Source: Octopus sinensis (Eukaryota). Taken from it: DNA of 64,000 bases. The notes beneath the pieces are model-generated. The model was not told where the DNA came from, searched no databases, and saw only the letters and a program-made list of their open reading frames with translations. Position 1 is the stretch's first letter, and every line of letters begins with the position of its first letter. Of this stretch, positions 40,750 through 55,147 are shown one piece after another. The stretch spans positions 38,142,464-38,206,463 of the forward strand of contig NC_043011.1 of the NCBI RefSeq assembly GCF_006345805.1, written 5' to 3'. Both the position numbers and the translations under genes were made by a program.

Positions 40750-41239
40750 CACAGTCGACGCTAAACGAGCTTGATCAGTCGACATAAAGTGGAACGCTTA
40801 CGATTGAATTTTTATTCTATTTTATTTTTATTTTATTATATTATCGGTTCCGACTTATAGGCTGTGGCTCTACAAGAGCACTACCATTAAAATTTTTAAA
40901 AAAAGGATAAGCCTAGTGGGTCTCGAACCCGTGCAGATAGTAGTCCATTTGGGCTAACAACCAATGGCGTAATACCTCGGTTGAAACTTATAGCATAGTT
41001 TGATTAATAAATATTTGGAGTTAAGAGAAATAATTCAAAAGACAATAGATCGAAATATAACGTACTAAACAATCCGTGCCATTATCTCTGTCTACTATTT
41101 CCGAGTAAGTTGTGTAGTTAGAGTCCTAAGACACCTCGTCCATAGTATTCAATGGGAACTAATCGTAATTAGACTTTTCGGTTGTATTCCCAAACGCGAC
41201 CAAATGATATTCTGGATATTATCCAATTTTCTCTTTTTC

Positions 41240-41656
41240 TTATTTCGTTATCGCACACTAGGGGCTAAACATAGAGGGGACAAACAAGGACAGAAAAACG
41301 GATTAAGTCGATTACATCGACCCCAGTGCGTAACTGGTACTTAATTTATCGACCCCGAAAGGACGAAAGGCAAAGTCGTCCTCGGCGCAATTTGAACTCA
41401 GACCGTAACGGCAGACGAAATAGCTATTTCTTTACTACCCACAAGGGGATAAACACAGAGAGGACACACAAAGACAGACAAACGGATTAAGCCGATTAAA
41501 TCGATCCCAGTGCTTAACTGGTACTTAATTCATCGACCCCGAAATGATTTAAGGCACAGTCGACCTCAGTGGAATTTGAACTCAGAACATAACAGCAGAC
41601 GAAATAAGGCTACGCATTTCGCCTGGAGTGCTAACATTTCTGCCAGCTCGCCGCCT
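41240..41656 (-). mobile_element. SINE family A dimer
   Basis: Junction AAAGAAATAG|CTATTTCGTCTG at ~41423. Confidence 0.88.
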
Positions 41657-42258
41657 TAATTTCCTTGTTTTCTGTCTACCAACAGGTCTCCTGTTGGCTG
41701 GCTAAACTCGAAGAAGCTGTGTGACAATTCTTTCCTACGACATTTTAGTCACATGTATTGGAGCTGAGACCTCTTAATGCGAAGAAATATCAGCTCGTCC
41801 TGAAAACACTCCCTAGACTCTGAGCCACGCAACCTGTCAAGTCACGTCTCTAGAGATTCTCTAGAGATTCTCCAGAGAAACCCCATTTCGTATAGTTTCG
41901 GTCATTATTAAATATTAATGACCATAGGTGAGGTTAGACACAACAATTTAATTGAACAGAGCGAGGTTGACATCTGTACCAAACTCTCCTCAACCAAAAC
42001 AAAAACTAAAAAGAAACCGAAGAAAAAAAAAATTTCTGTATTAACTTCAATTATGTATCACATGCTAGTTCTAGTAATAATCGTTTTACACCATTTTTGT
42101 ATAAACAAAGACTAATTACCTTCGGAAATTATTGTCCTATAAATAATCATATTTTTCTATCTCGCCCTTTTGTTTTTTCAACCCCGATTTTTCCATAAAT
42201 CGCAAATATAACACACAAACAATTATAGTTACTCATATTCATTCCACGACCCTGATTT

Positions 42259-42301
<43 letters not shown>

Positions 42302-42317
42302 CAGCGGCAGCAGCGGT

Positions 42318-42352
<35 letters not shown>

Positions 42353-43070
42353 TAGTAGTAGTAGCCATTATTATTGCTGTCTTTAGCACTAAATGCACGC
42401 TGATGAATGTTACCAATAATTTAAAGCATTCTAGCCGTGACCATACCGTCTCTTGAAAATATTCAGACTACGCCATTTATATTTTTATTTGTTTATTTAT
42501 ATATTTGTCTGTTTACTTATTCATATAACGCAGACGATAGGTTGCGTTAGTTTAGAAAGTCTCGTTTGCTTACTGCAAATAAACAAAACATAACCACGCT
42601 TCAAGGGACAGTACTCACTACACCTTCTTTTATGTCCAACATATTAACTATTTTGTTCAGCTACCTTGACCTCTCACTCTCTCTCTCTCTCTCACCTGAT
42701 TGATTTGTCTGTCTGACTGTTTCTCTCTCTCCGTCTTTCTCTTCCTCTCCCTGTCTCTGTATTTATGAGACGCCATCTCCATCTCCACTTCAGGAAAACT
42801 TCAAAGTTTGTAATAATTGAAACGGAACAATTAATATCATCAGAAAGCTAGAAATTGTTTTTTAAGTTGCCAGTGAGAGGGAGTAGCAAATACTAAATGT
42901 ACGCAACTACTAGCAAAGTTTGTATTTTATCGAGCCCAAAAGAATCAAGAGACACACAGCTGAATTCCAAATTTAATCTTCACAAATCATGCTAGTCACT
43001 GCCCTCCCACCACTGACGAAAACATACCAAAAAAATTGAAACTAAATATCCGATGCTAAATGATGGTTAT

Positions 43071-43335
43071 GGTGGAGGCGCGTGGCTTAGTGGTTAGGGG
43101 TGTCAGCATCATGATCGTAAGATTGTAGTTTCGATTCCTGGACCGGGCGACGCATTGTGTTCTTGAACAAAATACTTCATTTCACGTTGCTCCAGTCCAC
43201 CCAGTTGGCAAAAATGAGTAACGCGGCGATGAACTGGCGTCCCGTCCAACTGGGGAATACATACGCCATTGAAACCGGGAAAGTCGGGCCCATGAGCCTG
43301 GCTAGGCTTTAAAACGGCGCATTTATTATTATTAT
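43071..43335 (+). mobile_element. tRNA-derived SINE with V-domain-like segment and (TTA)n tail
   Basis: TGGCTTAGTGGTTAGG...GTTTCGATTCC boxes. GCGATGAACTGGCGTCCCGTCCA resembles the V-SINE domain (from memory). Confidence 0.75.
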
Positions 43336-44497
43336 TTTTTAAAATGGTTATGGGTCATAGAACTTTCTTTTCGATAGCCATATTTTGTAGAATATAAGAA
43401 AATATATGAATCTCGGCCTGCTTGTTGAATCTGAGTATAGATTGTCCGATGTTCCACTGACGAACGTGATCTTAATTCAATTAATCAATGGAGACTCAGC
43501 TGTGTACAGTAGGTGGCAAGGCTGGATTACCCTGTGAATTATGAACTACAGATACAATAATATCCGAAAGTTTTCTAGAAAGTTTCCCAGTTTAACCCAC
43601 TAAACTTTGCTTGACTCCAATAACAAGAATTGCAACGATAATTAAATAATTATTCCCATCGCATCGTAATTTAGCCATTTCGTTCCTACAAAGTAAATAA
43701 ATTTGGGACACTAGGTACTACAATTCTAGCAAAGTAAGAAGTTATTAAAAATATATTTAATTAAAAACAGATGAATTGGAACAGGAGATTGATATAGCTT
43801 CACTGTTGTGATAGTGTAGGTTATTAAATCATAAAATATATATATATCTCATTTTAGTTCTGAACTTTGAACTGAACTCACCCAGACTTCCTAATAATCA
43901 CAAACATATTTTCTATATTTTACAACCATAATTTTTCACGAACTGTTTTCTTTTATCTTTTTCGCACTCGAATTAGAGGAGTGGAGTGAGCATAAACTAA
44001 ACTAATCAACACGACCATCATGCTAGAAATAGGAACCGAATTCTCTCCAATGACATCCTGAGACGAGTCGTTGCCATCTTGCAAGAAATAACTACTAACA
44101 GCCTCTCGTATTTAAAAAAAAAAAGAGCACATTCGATTATGTAGCTCTACAAACACAATACAGGAACGTACGATGGAGTGGTCGCAACTGGAAATCTTTG
44201 TATCATATTTCTGTTCAATTGATCTGATATATCTAAATAATCGAATGCTATCGTGCTAGAAATAACCGAAATATTTTTCTCGCTTTATACTGTATCATGA
44301 TAAAAATTTAAATAGATTTTTTCAACAGTGTAGTTCTAGGAACACTACAGGGGAACACACATTAGATTGTTCACGACAAGAACGCATTATATAATAATTC
44401 TACTCCATCAGAAAAATGCCAAAGCAACAATATACTCATTATTTACTTTATTTACATTATTTACATTTGACGGATATTTGTCCTCATCTTTGTTGTT

Positions 44498-44543
44498 AAC
44501 ACAACGTTTCGGCTGATATACCCTCCAGCCTTCATCAGGTGTC
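44498..44543 (-). ncRNA. Minimal type-I hammerhead (palindromic helix III, AACGUU)
   Basis: gacac-CTGATGA-a-ggctg(gagggtatat)cagcc-GAAAC-GTT-gtgtt. Confidence 0.75.
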
Positions 44544-44765
44544 TTGGGAAAATTTCGAACCTGGCTTCTCATTCCTAAGATATTTTTCGATGTTATTATT
44601 ATCATGCCCACGGGAATATGGCGTAGAGGTTAAAAGCGTGGGCTACTAACCCCAATATTCCGAGTTCGATTCCAGGCAGTGACTTGAAAAATAATAATAA
44701 CAACAACAACAACAACAATAATTATAACAATAATAATGATAATAGTAATAATAATAATAATAGTA

Positions 44766-44811
<46 letters not shown>

Positions 44812-44812
<1 letters not shown>

Positions 44813-45360
44813 TGCCCTGATGCAGTACCTGGCAGTGGCTCTCGTGGCTTCTGATCTTAACTGATTGGAAGTGTTATGTACAGTTTTGTCTTGGTATGAA
44901 AGATGGGCTACAGAAAATATTCTGCTCAATACCACAGATTTGCTTGTCAATTGCTTGACTTCAATCAGTTGAGCATGTCCCTTAGTAGCTGACTATATGT
45001 GCATCACTGATCACGAGCAGAAGTAGTGGGCGAGCATCATAGCCATGTGTTGAGAGGGATTCTTTAGGTTCTGAATAATTTACCTCTGGAAACATGGGTG
45101 TTTCGTTCAACATCCTTAAACAACCATTATTCAGGGACCTTTAGAGCGGGATGGGTTACTCGACCAGAAGGAAATTCTAACTGGGCCCCATCTGCAAGGT
45201 CATTTGCTGTTTAACTTGATATGAAATCACCATGTTTCGCACGTATGGTTGTGGTGCATGTGCCTAGTGTACCCTTATCAGACGGGTAGTCTATGGGTAT
45301 ACTGAGCTTCGTATATCTTACCCCAGTGTCACTTTGATTGTATGCACTGCTCTCTCACTC
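44812..45360. mobile_element. Unclassified ~550-bp GC-richer insert within (AAT)n
   Basis: Sharp boundaries, (AAT)n on both sides, no long ORF. Confidence 0.5.
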
Positions 45361-45420
45361 AATAATAATAATAACAATAATAATAATAGTAATAATAATA
45401 ATAATAACAACAACAACAAC

Positions 45421-45523
<103 letters not shown>

Positions 45524-45593
45524 TAAAATAATAATAATAATAATAATAACAACAACAACAACATCGAAAAATACCTTAGGAATGAGAACCCAA

Positions 45594-45639
45594 GACACCT
45601 GATGAAGGCTGGATTGTATATCAGCCGAAACGTTGTGTT
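45594..45639 (+). ncRNA. Minimal type-I hammerhead (palindromic helix III)
   Basis: gacac-CTGATGA-a-ggctg(gattgtatat)cagcc-GAAAC-GTT-gtgtt. Confidence 0.75.
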
Positions 45640-46854
45640 AACAACAAACAAGATGAGGACAAATATCAGTCAAATGTAAATAATGTAAATAATGTACATA
45701 ATTCCTCATCTCTTAAATATGGAACTGAACAATATGCTCATTTTGCTAGAACTGAAAACCACAATTCTTTTGATTTGCTCCTACCATGTTGATTACAAAA
45801 ATGAAAGACACCTCCAGTTATGAAGACCCCAATATAATTCCTGAAACGACGATGAGATGATCACAGAGTTTTCCATTATGTCACTGTTCAGTCGGAGGAA
45901 TTGATATCGGGCTTAGGACGATGACAACATAAGGTAATAGAAATAGCAGTTAAATCACGCCTCAAGCTATACACCCCTTCTTAAAGATGGAAGAACAATT
46001 GAGAAACATTTCTTAATGTTTTTAAACCCTGGTCAATTTGTTCATGCGTGGCCTAGGATAAAATAATGAAGGCCACAAACATAACAACAAATTTTTATCA
46101 ATGATCGTGGGAGATAGATTTGTTAGAATATTTCTTTCTTTCCTTTGTCATCCGAATATCTCAGTAAACAATGGATTGAAGCGTTAATGAAACCCGAATA
46201 CAAGAGGGGCACAGCCACATCCTATAAACTTACTGATGACTTAAATATTTGCACTGAGTTCAATTCTCCGGGGTGCAGCCCACTGCTGGGTAAATGGAGA
46301 CTTTGGTTTACCTAAATGCCATAACCCAACTTTCTGGCCTCACTGTTGCTGTACAAAAGGATGCACTAAATTTTTATTCCAGTAGAGCTGCAGGTTTTTG
46401 CCAGAAGAGTATAGCGTTGACCTAAAAACAGGATTAAGGGATCCACTCTAGATTTGTTGTAAAGTTTAAACCCCAAATTTAGGCCCTCAGTTTCATGAGA
46501 GCTTTTTACTCATAGTTCCAGAATTATAACAGGGATGCAATTTTGATATTAAAAGCTGGTACCATGTGAGACCGGGATAATATCTTTAGACTTTGGTTCA
46601 CAAACTTATTACTTTTACTTATAACTGCGGATTCTTAGCCCTAGACATGGGCTCATGCCAGATGTGTTCAGCAAATACCACTTGAAACCAGAACTTGTTC
46701 CAGTCATAGACCGCGTGCCCTGATTAGGATCACGTTAACAATAATAAAACATTAACATCTGTTTAAAGGAAGGACACCTTGTACATTTGGTCGAGAAATT
46801 TTCATCTGGGGCTTAGGAATATCAAGAACTGTATTCTGTTATATATATATATAC

Positions 46855-47026
46855 TCTTTCCTCTTTAACTCTTTTAATTGTTTCAGTCATTTGACTGCGG
46901 CCATGCAGGAGCACCACCTTTAGTCGAATCATATCGACCCCAGGACTTATTCTCTGTAAGCCTAGTACTTATTCTATCGGGGAACTAAACACAGATATAC
47001 AACACACACACACACACGCACACACA

Positions 47027-47057
<31 letters not shown>

Positions 47058-47270
47058 AACACATAGACACACACACACACGATATATATATATATATATA
47101 TACATGTATAAACCACGGGCTTCTTTTAGTTTACGTCTACCAAATCCACTCACAAGGCTTTGGTCGGCACGAGGCTACAGTAGAAGACTCTTGCACAAGA
47201 TGCCGCGCAGTGGGAATGGATCCCGAAACCATGTGGTTCGTAAGCAAGCTACTTACCACACAGCCTACAC
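46855..47270 (-). mobile_element. SINE family B (internally deleted)
   Basis: Head and tail match family B. Confidence 0.85.
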
Positions 47271-47281
47271 CTATATATATA

Positions 47282-47511
47282 TATTTCTTTACTACCCACA
47301 AGGGGCTAAACATAGAGGGGACAAACAAGGACAGATAAAGGGATTGAGTCGATTACATCGATCCAGTGCGAAACTGGTACTTTATTTATCGACCCCGAGA
47401 GGATGAAAGGCAAAGTCGACCTCGGTGGAGTTTGAACTCAGAACGTAACGACAGACGAAATACGGCTACGCATTTCGCCCGGCGCGCTAACGTTTCTGCC
47501 AGCTCGCCGCC
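47282..47511 (-). mobile_element. SINE family A monomer
   Basis: Full-length match. Confidence 0.9.
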
Positions 47512-47559
47512 TTATATATATATACATACATACATACATATATATATATATACATATAT

Positions 47560-47625
<66 letters not shown>

Positions 47626-47678
47626 GTTTAAATATTTGTTGTGCAAGATTTTTTATGTGAAGTCGTGTGTTGAAACAG

Positions 47679-48100
47679 ATATTGTTATATTTCGGAATGG
47701 TCATATGCCAGTTTAGCCAATAAAAACACACGCACTATATATTTGGTGTTATTTTGCTTCAGTGATATTTATTTTTTACATTAATCTTAATCTTATTTCG
47801 GCCAAAGTTCTTTCGTCACACTCTGTGACCGCATCAGTGGTCCTTTGTTTTCTTCTCACTTACTTGTGTCTCTCCTTACTAACCGTCAGCCAAATGGCTG
47901 ACGGTTAGTAAGGAGAGACACAAGTAAGTGAGAAGAAAACAAAGGACCACTGATGCGGTCACAGAGTGTGACGAAAGAACTTTGGCCGAAATAAGATTAA
48001 GATTAATGTAAAAAATAAATATCACTGAAGCAAAATAACACCAAATATATAGTGCGTGTGTTTTTATGGCTAAACTGGCAATATGACCATTCCGAAATAT

Positions 48101-48108
<8 letters not shown>
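47679..48108. repeat. Near-perfect palindrome, 213-bp arms, 4-nt loop (AAAT, 47892-47895)
   Basis: The arms differ only by two 1-nt indels near the outer ends. Each arm carries an HHR-like motif. (TA)n tracts lie on both sides of the element. Confidence 0.97.
47944..47987 (+). ncRNA. Hammerhead-like motif (A9C); mirror copy at 47800-47843 on the minus strand
   Basis: ggacca-CTGATGC-g-gtcac(agagt)gtgac-GAAAG-aa-CTT-tggcc. Confidence 0.6.
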
Positions 48109-48168
<60 letters not shown>

Positions 48169-48169
48169 G

Positions 48170-48201
<32 letters not shown>

Positions 48202-49566
48202 TTTATGTATATGTGTGTGTATGTATCAGTGAACTGTTTTCATCTAAACGTCATTTTCCATTCGCGACTGAACCTTAAATAGATGGCAGGATAGATTAAG
48301 GAATTCTATAATGCTACATATAGTTTCCAATTATAGATTAACTCATAATGAACACATAAAACTACATATGCCTACATCATGTGTGCATAAGTATTGCTGT
48401 TGATGATGGCATGCAATTTTCATATGTTGTGGAAATATGAGACAAAAATTTCGCGTTTATTAGTGTCGAGTTTATTGCGAATGAAGCAATCCCTCGCTAC
48501 CGCAAAAAGATCCACAGAGAAATAGTTATTTCAGTTTTCATTTCCATCCAATAGCTTATAGCAGCAGAAAGTTATTACGAGAACTATTTACCGATTCTCA
48601 CAAGGTTGAACAATTCCTCGTGTCTCTGAAGTTAATGATGTTAAAACTAAATAAAGAATTAAAAACCCCCAAAAAAAAAAAATCTAATATACATCAGGAT
48701 GACACACACACACACATATATAATTTTTATACACTGTTTACTTTTCTTTTAAGAACTCAAACAAACAAATTTAATTATTTTTTTATCTTTAAATCTTAAT
48801 TTATATCCCTGATATTTATAAAAGTGGTTGAAATGAAAGAAGCAAATTATTTTCTGCAAACAAACCAAATTTGACAGATTGATAAAATGAAAATATTTCA
48901 ACACCTTCGCGCCGTGTCCTTCGCTCTGTCATTCACACTCTCCCCTCCCTGCCTCTTCCCCCCTTCTCTCTCTCTCTCTCTCTCTCTCTTATTTACACTC
49001 CTCTGATGTTCATCACCTCTTTCTTTCTCTTCTGATATTTTCCGCTATTTTAGCGCTGTTAATATTTTTATATTTTATGACCTTTTAAGGCCCTCTCTAC
49101 AAAGGCAATATTTATATTTTTCTCATTCTACTCACAAAATTAAATTCAAACAATTTTAACCTCCATATAACATTCAAAGCAATTTTTATGAGCACATATA
49201 TTTTATTGCTTGTTTTTTTTATGTAATTTTCTATAATCAATTGTTTCCATCCAACCTCATAGAAAAACTGCTATAAAAGAATTCTTGATCAAAACCTTCT
49301 CTCCTTTCCAAACTAATCTTAAGTATTACTTTGATAGTCTTGCAATTTTTTCATTCGTTTTCCCATTTATTTCGTTTGTTTTTGCATTCTGCTATTATTT
49401 CTGTTTTTAATTTCAAAGGATCTCTCGATTGGAACAACTCCAAATTCCAATCTTTTTCATCGTGTTCTCATAGATTAATATTTATATGTAACTGAAATAC
49501 ATACATGAATAGACACATACATGCATATGTGCACACATGCATACATTTATACATATATGTATGTAT

Positions 49567-49615
<49 letters not shown>

Positions 49616-49859
49616 CACTCACACATAAATATATTGTTAATAGATAATAACATTAGTAGCAATTGAAAGTGTGAATTCAATGGAGGTAAATTTTAAAAAG
49701 GATGATGATACTGTGAAAGTAGCAGGTTTGCTAGAGATAGGTGTCAAATGAACTCCGAAGACACAGAAAACTTGCTTAAAATCAAGCACGGTGAAATCGG
49801 GCGGTGAATAAAAAGTTACGGTCTTACACATGGAAAGGCCGCTGAGGAAATGGCACATA

Positions 49860-49893
<34 letters not shown>

Positions 49894-50133
49894 CGGAGAT
49901 GTATTTCTGTAGCAGGTGACATGATCTGAGATCGTGTGTAGAAACAAAGACAATTGCAGCGTGGAAGGTGTTTATAAGCCATTTAAGAAACGTACAAAAC
50001 CGTTATGTTCACTTCGACAATTAAATTTAATTTGTCAAAATATTCTCATCGCTTTGAGACCGCTTTGAGATACTGATAAAATTCCGTGCTGCATCGCATT
50101 TATATATATATTATATATATATTATATATATAT

Positions 50134-50181
<48 letters not shown>

Positions 50182-50433
50182 TACATACATACTTACATAC
50201 ATACATACATATATACATACATACATATATGTGTATGTGTGTGTGTGTGTGTGTTCTCAACCATCGTTCTATGTGGTAGGCGTCATAATTTATGAAACTT
50301 CACGGCATGTAACCAGTGGTTGCCTTCTTAACCTGCAAATAAATAACTTTTACGCACCAATCCGAGTGTTGAGCAATCGTTCTTATTATTTGATAGAGAG
50401 AGGGGGATAGACAGACAGACAGTCAGAGACATA

Positions 50434-50564
<131 letters not shown>

Positions 50565-50978
50565 AAGATAGATAAATAGATGGATAGATATCTTTTTATT
50601 ATGGCCACACAGGGCTAAACACAGAAAATAGACGGAATATAATGCAGGGTTTTTCTTTTCGAGGTGGGATGGGTGGGACCCACAAAGAAAAATTTCGATC
50701 ACTAGGGATTAAAATCGTTGGGCTATGTGGTGTACAAAAAAAGGAAAGAAATATATAAAGTTCCCAAAAAAGGGGGAATCCATATTGTTCACTGTTTAGG
50801 TGTAACCTTCGAGAGAAATACTTACAAAAAAGACCAAGGTCACCACAGGCAGTTCAAAAGGTATATGAGTAAGTACCTTTCCTCTCGTTTTCTCTATTTG
50901 TCATAAATTCATGCTTAAAATGGTGTCGACTTTCATACTAACCATTCTTGCCACATTTACACATTGTTATTGAAACTT

Positions 50979-51692
50979 TCATTCGACAACACTTTCCTCT
51001 CTATTCTCATCGAGAGACTGACCAGAGAGGAAAGTGTTTGTTTGTAAGCCTTTCAAATGCGTCCACCACACACATTCTTTCGCCATAGCTATCAGCGTAA
51101 CGAAAACTGTTTTTCCTTCCCGTTTAAAGGAAGATGGCGGAACAATATTCACAACAGACTCGGCTGATAAGCGGGCCCATCCCACACGTGACTATAGCCG
51201 TTCGACGAAGGTCCACAGCTTTCAAATATCTGGACACTGCACGAGTGTGTACAGAATGGTTTCGTCGCTCTGACTGTTTCTCGGGCAGGTCGGTCTGGTG
51301 GTTTTTGAACCGGGTCTGTAGATCTTCTCTCGAACTGGGAGTGTGTCCTAATAGCATTGCCAAGCCAGGGATCTCTGGAAGTTATCTATAGGCCCCGGCC
51401 CGAACGTTGTCCTGAAAAGGCGGGTTAGGAATTTCTCGTCGACACTCAGGTTTGCCAAGAGAGTGTTGTCGGACCTCGCCTCCACTAGTCTTCTATAGAA
51501 CGCATTGGTCGTATGGAAGTTGCACGAGTTTGATCCTGGACGGCAGAGCTGCTGTAGAGCTTGGTGACACTCGCGGTGCCAATCGCCCAGTTTCGGTCTT
51601 TTTTTGATGCATGCTTGTAGTTCGGTCAGTGAGACGATCTGCGGAAAGGCGCGCCTCACGAACGGCGCCCACACATGTTCACCGTCGTCAAT
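50979..51692 (-). pseudogene. L1/Tx1-clade LINE ORF2 C-terminal fragment (zf-RVT-like)
   Basis: One frame with three stops: ...RSLAWQCY*DTLPVREKIYRPGSKTTRPTCPRNSQSDETILYTLVQCPDI*KLWTFVERL*...IAMAKECVWWT. A 3' UTR may extend to ~50640. Confidence 0.8.
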
Positions 51693-51845
51693 TACACTTT
51701 GTATCACGCTGAAAATCCCTGAGAACTACGTTACAGGTACACGTGCCTGTGGGGTGCTCAGCCAGTTGCACGTTAATTACATGAGCAAGCTGTTCCGTTG
51801 ATCGTATCAGCTGGGACCCTCGTCATCGTAACCGACGGAGTGCTC
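51693..51845 (+). mobile_element. 3' fragment of SINE family C (RTE-like tail)
   Basis: Matches the tail of the 15750-16099 element, with an extra ~50 nt internal segment. Confidence 0.85.
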
Positions 51846-51945
51846 CTTTATGTGTGTTTGTGTATGTATGTATGTATATATGTATGTACGTATGTATGTA
51901 CGTATGTATGTACGTATGTATGTATGTATATGCATATATATAACC

Positions 51946-51981
<36 letters not shown>

Positions 51982-51983
51982 CC

Positions 51984-52017
<34 letters not shown>

Positions 52018-54117
52018 CAAAGGTGAAAAGGAGAAAAAATGTAATAGTCGTAATCAGGTACAGAAACAAATATTAATACTAATGTATTCATTTTAATTAC
52101 AATTCATCGTTCTCAAAATTCTCAAAACTTCATAGACGAAAGCTTTTATTTTTTTTTTTTTCCCCATCTTCAGAATAAACAGGAAGTATTTTACTTCCTG
52201 AAAGAAACTAGAATGTCTTTACAACAACGTTGTATCAATGTCAAAATATATTAGATTTCTAGTTTCAACTTCCCTTCTGTTTAACTTTCGTGTCTTGGGA
52301 TTATTAAAATGACTCTCTTTTGCAACTAAATAATACATAACTAGCATTGATCGTTGCAACAATGAAATAATACAGTTGCATAGTTAAGTAGTTAAATGTT
52401 TGATTTAAGTACTCTTTGTTAAGATTGTAATTTTCTGACTCATTAACTTCTCATTTACAGGGTATATTTGCCATACGCCATTGACCTGAGATTTAGAGTT
52501 ACTATTTAAAATACTTGTATTTACATTACAAACAGCTGGCCTAAATTCAAAATTACATTACAGCTTAGTACTATCATTTTTAGAACGTATATTTGTGGTA
52601 TTCATATAGATACTAGAGACAGCTAACTGTATAGTGAAGGTACATATTTAAATTATGTATATCTGCATCAAACGTTATTAACCACATTTTACAATAAATC
52701 TGTTAAACATCTCAGTACGTGAAATTTCCCAATATTTTATGTAAGTTATACGTAATTTGTCATATATAGTTATTTATGTGTTATAGCTTTCGAAGGGGAG
52801 TGATGCTGATACAATTGTAACCGATATTAAAATCACGGTAAGATCGCGAGCTGGCAGATTCGTTGCCAAGCCAGGCCGTCGTCCATAAGGTTTTGTTGAC
52901 CCGAAGTTATAGTAGAAGACATTTGCCAAAGTGCGATGCAGTGGGAGTGTGCCGGGGACTAAGCTGGAACCATTTGGTTGAGAAGCAAGCTTCGAACCAC
53001 AAAGACACGCCTGCACATCCATATATGTGTGTGCGTGTATGTGTATGTATAAGTGTGCGTGTGAGTGTGTGTCTGTGTTTGTGTGTGTTTGTATGTGTAT
53101 ATATGTATGTATGTACATTCTAGTCTCCAATCAAATCATTATATATTTTTTTTAGATTGTTCATTTGCAACATCTCTATCTAGACTTGAAACACTCACTT
53201 TTCAGAAAGTATAATTAGAATTATTTATAGCTACATGAGGTTAAGATTGTTTCGTCTTTCATCACAATGAAATTTATTCGTAGGTGTTTAAGTTAGGAAA
53301 TCACTAACCTTAAATTAGAAATAATTACCGTAGTTAAGATTCAGAATAAGATCCTGTACGCAGGAAACATTAAAATTGACGCTTCAGTGTTATCAGGAAT
53401 CAAACAGATTTTAAAACTACAGTAAATATACGCTCTAAATAATTGTTTTAAGTAAGCATCCTAATAGAAACAATAGAAGATAAACCTTAAATACTGTATT
53501 CTGAGGATATCACATGAGCAAGCATGTAAATGAATGTGAGTAAGCACAAACACAGACAATGAAACCGAATATATAAAACGTAAGCTGAGAAACAAATACA
53601 ATTATTTACTTTTGAACAACCAGGAGTCAAATTTGGGTCACAAACAATGTAAAACTAAAATTGAATTTTTGGATTCATATTCCGTCTTCTTCATATATTC
53701 ATCTATGCGGTTGACGCCTTCATCTAATTCTAAATAAAACACATCAAGTAATTCTGAATAAGTCTAACACTGAAATGAACAAAAAATAATATTAGTTTAT
53801 TTATATATGTTGATTCGAGGTTTTCTATTTCGTAGCAAAGAGTGAGTGGTATGCGCGGTTCTTTATGTTTGCTTGTTTTTTTGTTTTTTTTCTTTCTTTT
53901 TTTTTTTGCGGTAGGGAGAATAACATTATGTAATGTTTGCGACTTTCTCAAGGGAATTAGCTGTACATATGAGGTGAAATGAATAAAATAATGGGATGAA
54001 TTTGTGTCAGATCTTTCACTCTCTAAAAACATAACTTCTCTACACAATTTACCTTCAAAAGAACTGAAGTAAATATTGGTACTGATATATATATATGTAT
54101 ATGTATATATATATATG

Positions 54118-54151
<34 letters not shown>

Positions 54152-54363
54152 TGTATGTATGTATGTATGTATGTATGTATGTATGTATGCATGTATGCAT
54201 GCATGTATGTATGTATGCACGTATGTATGTATGTATGTATATGTATATGAAAACCAAAGAGAGCTTGATAGTATCACATGCAACCTACATCGCAAATTGC
54301 TACAAAGGTGTGATATAAAGCAATTACTGAGCATAACAAGTCTACTAGTGCTCACATTACAAT

Positions 54364-54404
<41 letters not shown>

Positions 54405-54548
54405 GATGGTGGTGGCGGTGGTGGTGGTGGTGGTGGTGATGGTAGTTTCTCTTTTAGCTGAAAGGGGTCGAAGTGATGCAAAAAAGGATGAAATCTTGGT
54501 CAGTATTACAAAGGATTAAATGTAAACGTGTTGAAAATAGGGAATATA

Positions 54549-55147
54549 CCTTTCTACTCTAGGCACAAGGCCCGCAATTTTGGGGGAGGGGCCCAGTCGA
54601 TTAGATGCAACTGCTACTTAATTTATCGATTCCGAAAGGATGAAAGTCACAGTCGAACTCGGCGGAATTTGAACTCAGAACGTAAATGCTGATGAAATAA
54701 CGCTAGGCATTTCGCCCGGTGAGCTAACGATTCTTATTTCTTTATTGCCCACAAGGCTAAACATAGCGGGGAGAAACAAGGACAGACAAAGACATTAAGT
54801 CGATTAGATCGACCCCAGTGCATAACTGGTACTTAATTTATCGACCCCGAAAGGATGAAAGGCAAAGTCGTCCTCGGCGGAATTTGAACTCAGAACGTAG
54901 AAGCAGACGAAATACCTATTTCTTTGCTACCCAGAAGGGGCCAAACACAAAGAGGACAAACAAGGACAGACAAACGGATTAAGTCGATTATATCGACCCC
55001 AGTGAATAACTGGTACTTAATTTATCGACCCCGAAAGGATGAAAGTCAAAGTCGACCACGGCGGAATTGGAACACAGAACGTAGCGGCAGACGAAATACC
55101 GCTAAGCATTTCACCCGGCGTGCTAACGATTCTGCCAGCTCGCCGCT
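54549..55147 (-). mobile_element. SINE family A trimer with 18-bp TSD
   Basis: Three central domains. TTGAAAATAGGGAATATA at 54531-54548 and 55148-55165. Confidence 0.92.

Noticed and set aside
46312-46421. Minus-strand AG/GT-bounded open segment (QRYTLLAKTCSSTG...)
   Set aside because: No recognisable domain or linked exons.
50030-50095. Possible G3-C8 hammerhead relic
   Set aside because: The core is overwritten by a local GCTTTGAGA duplication; it cannot be supported from this copy.
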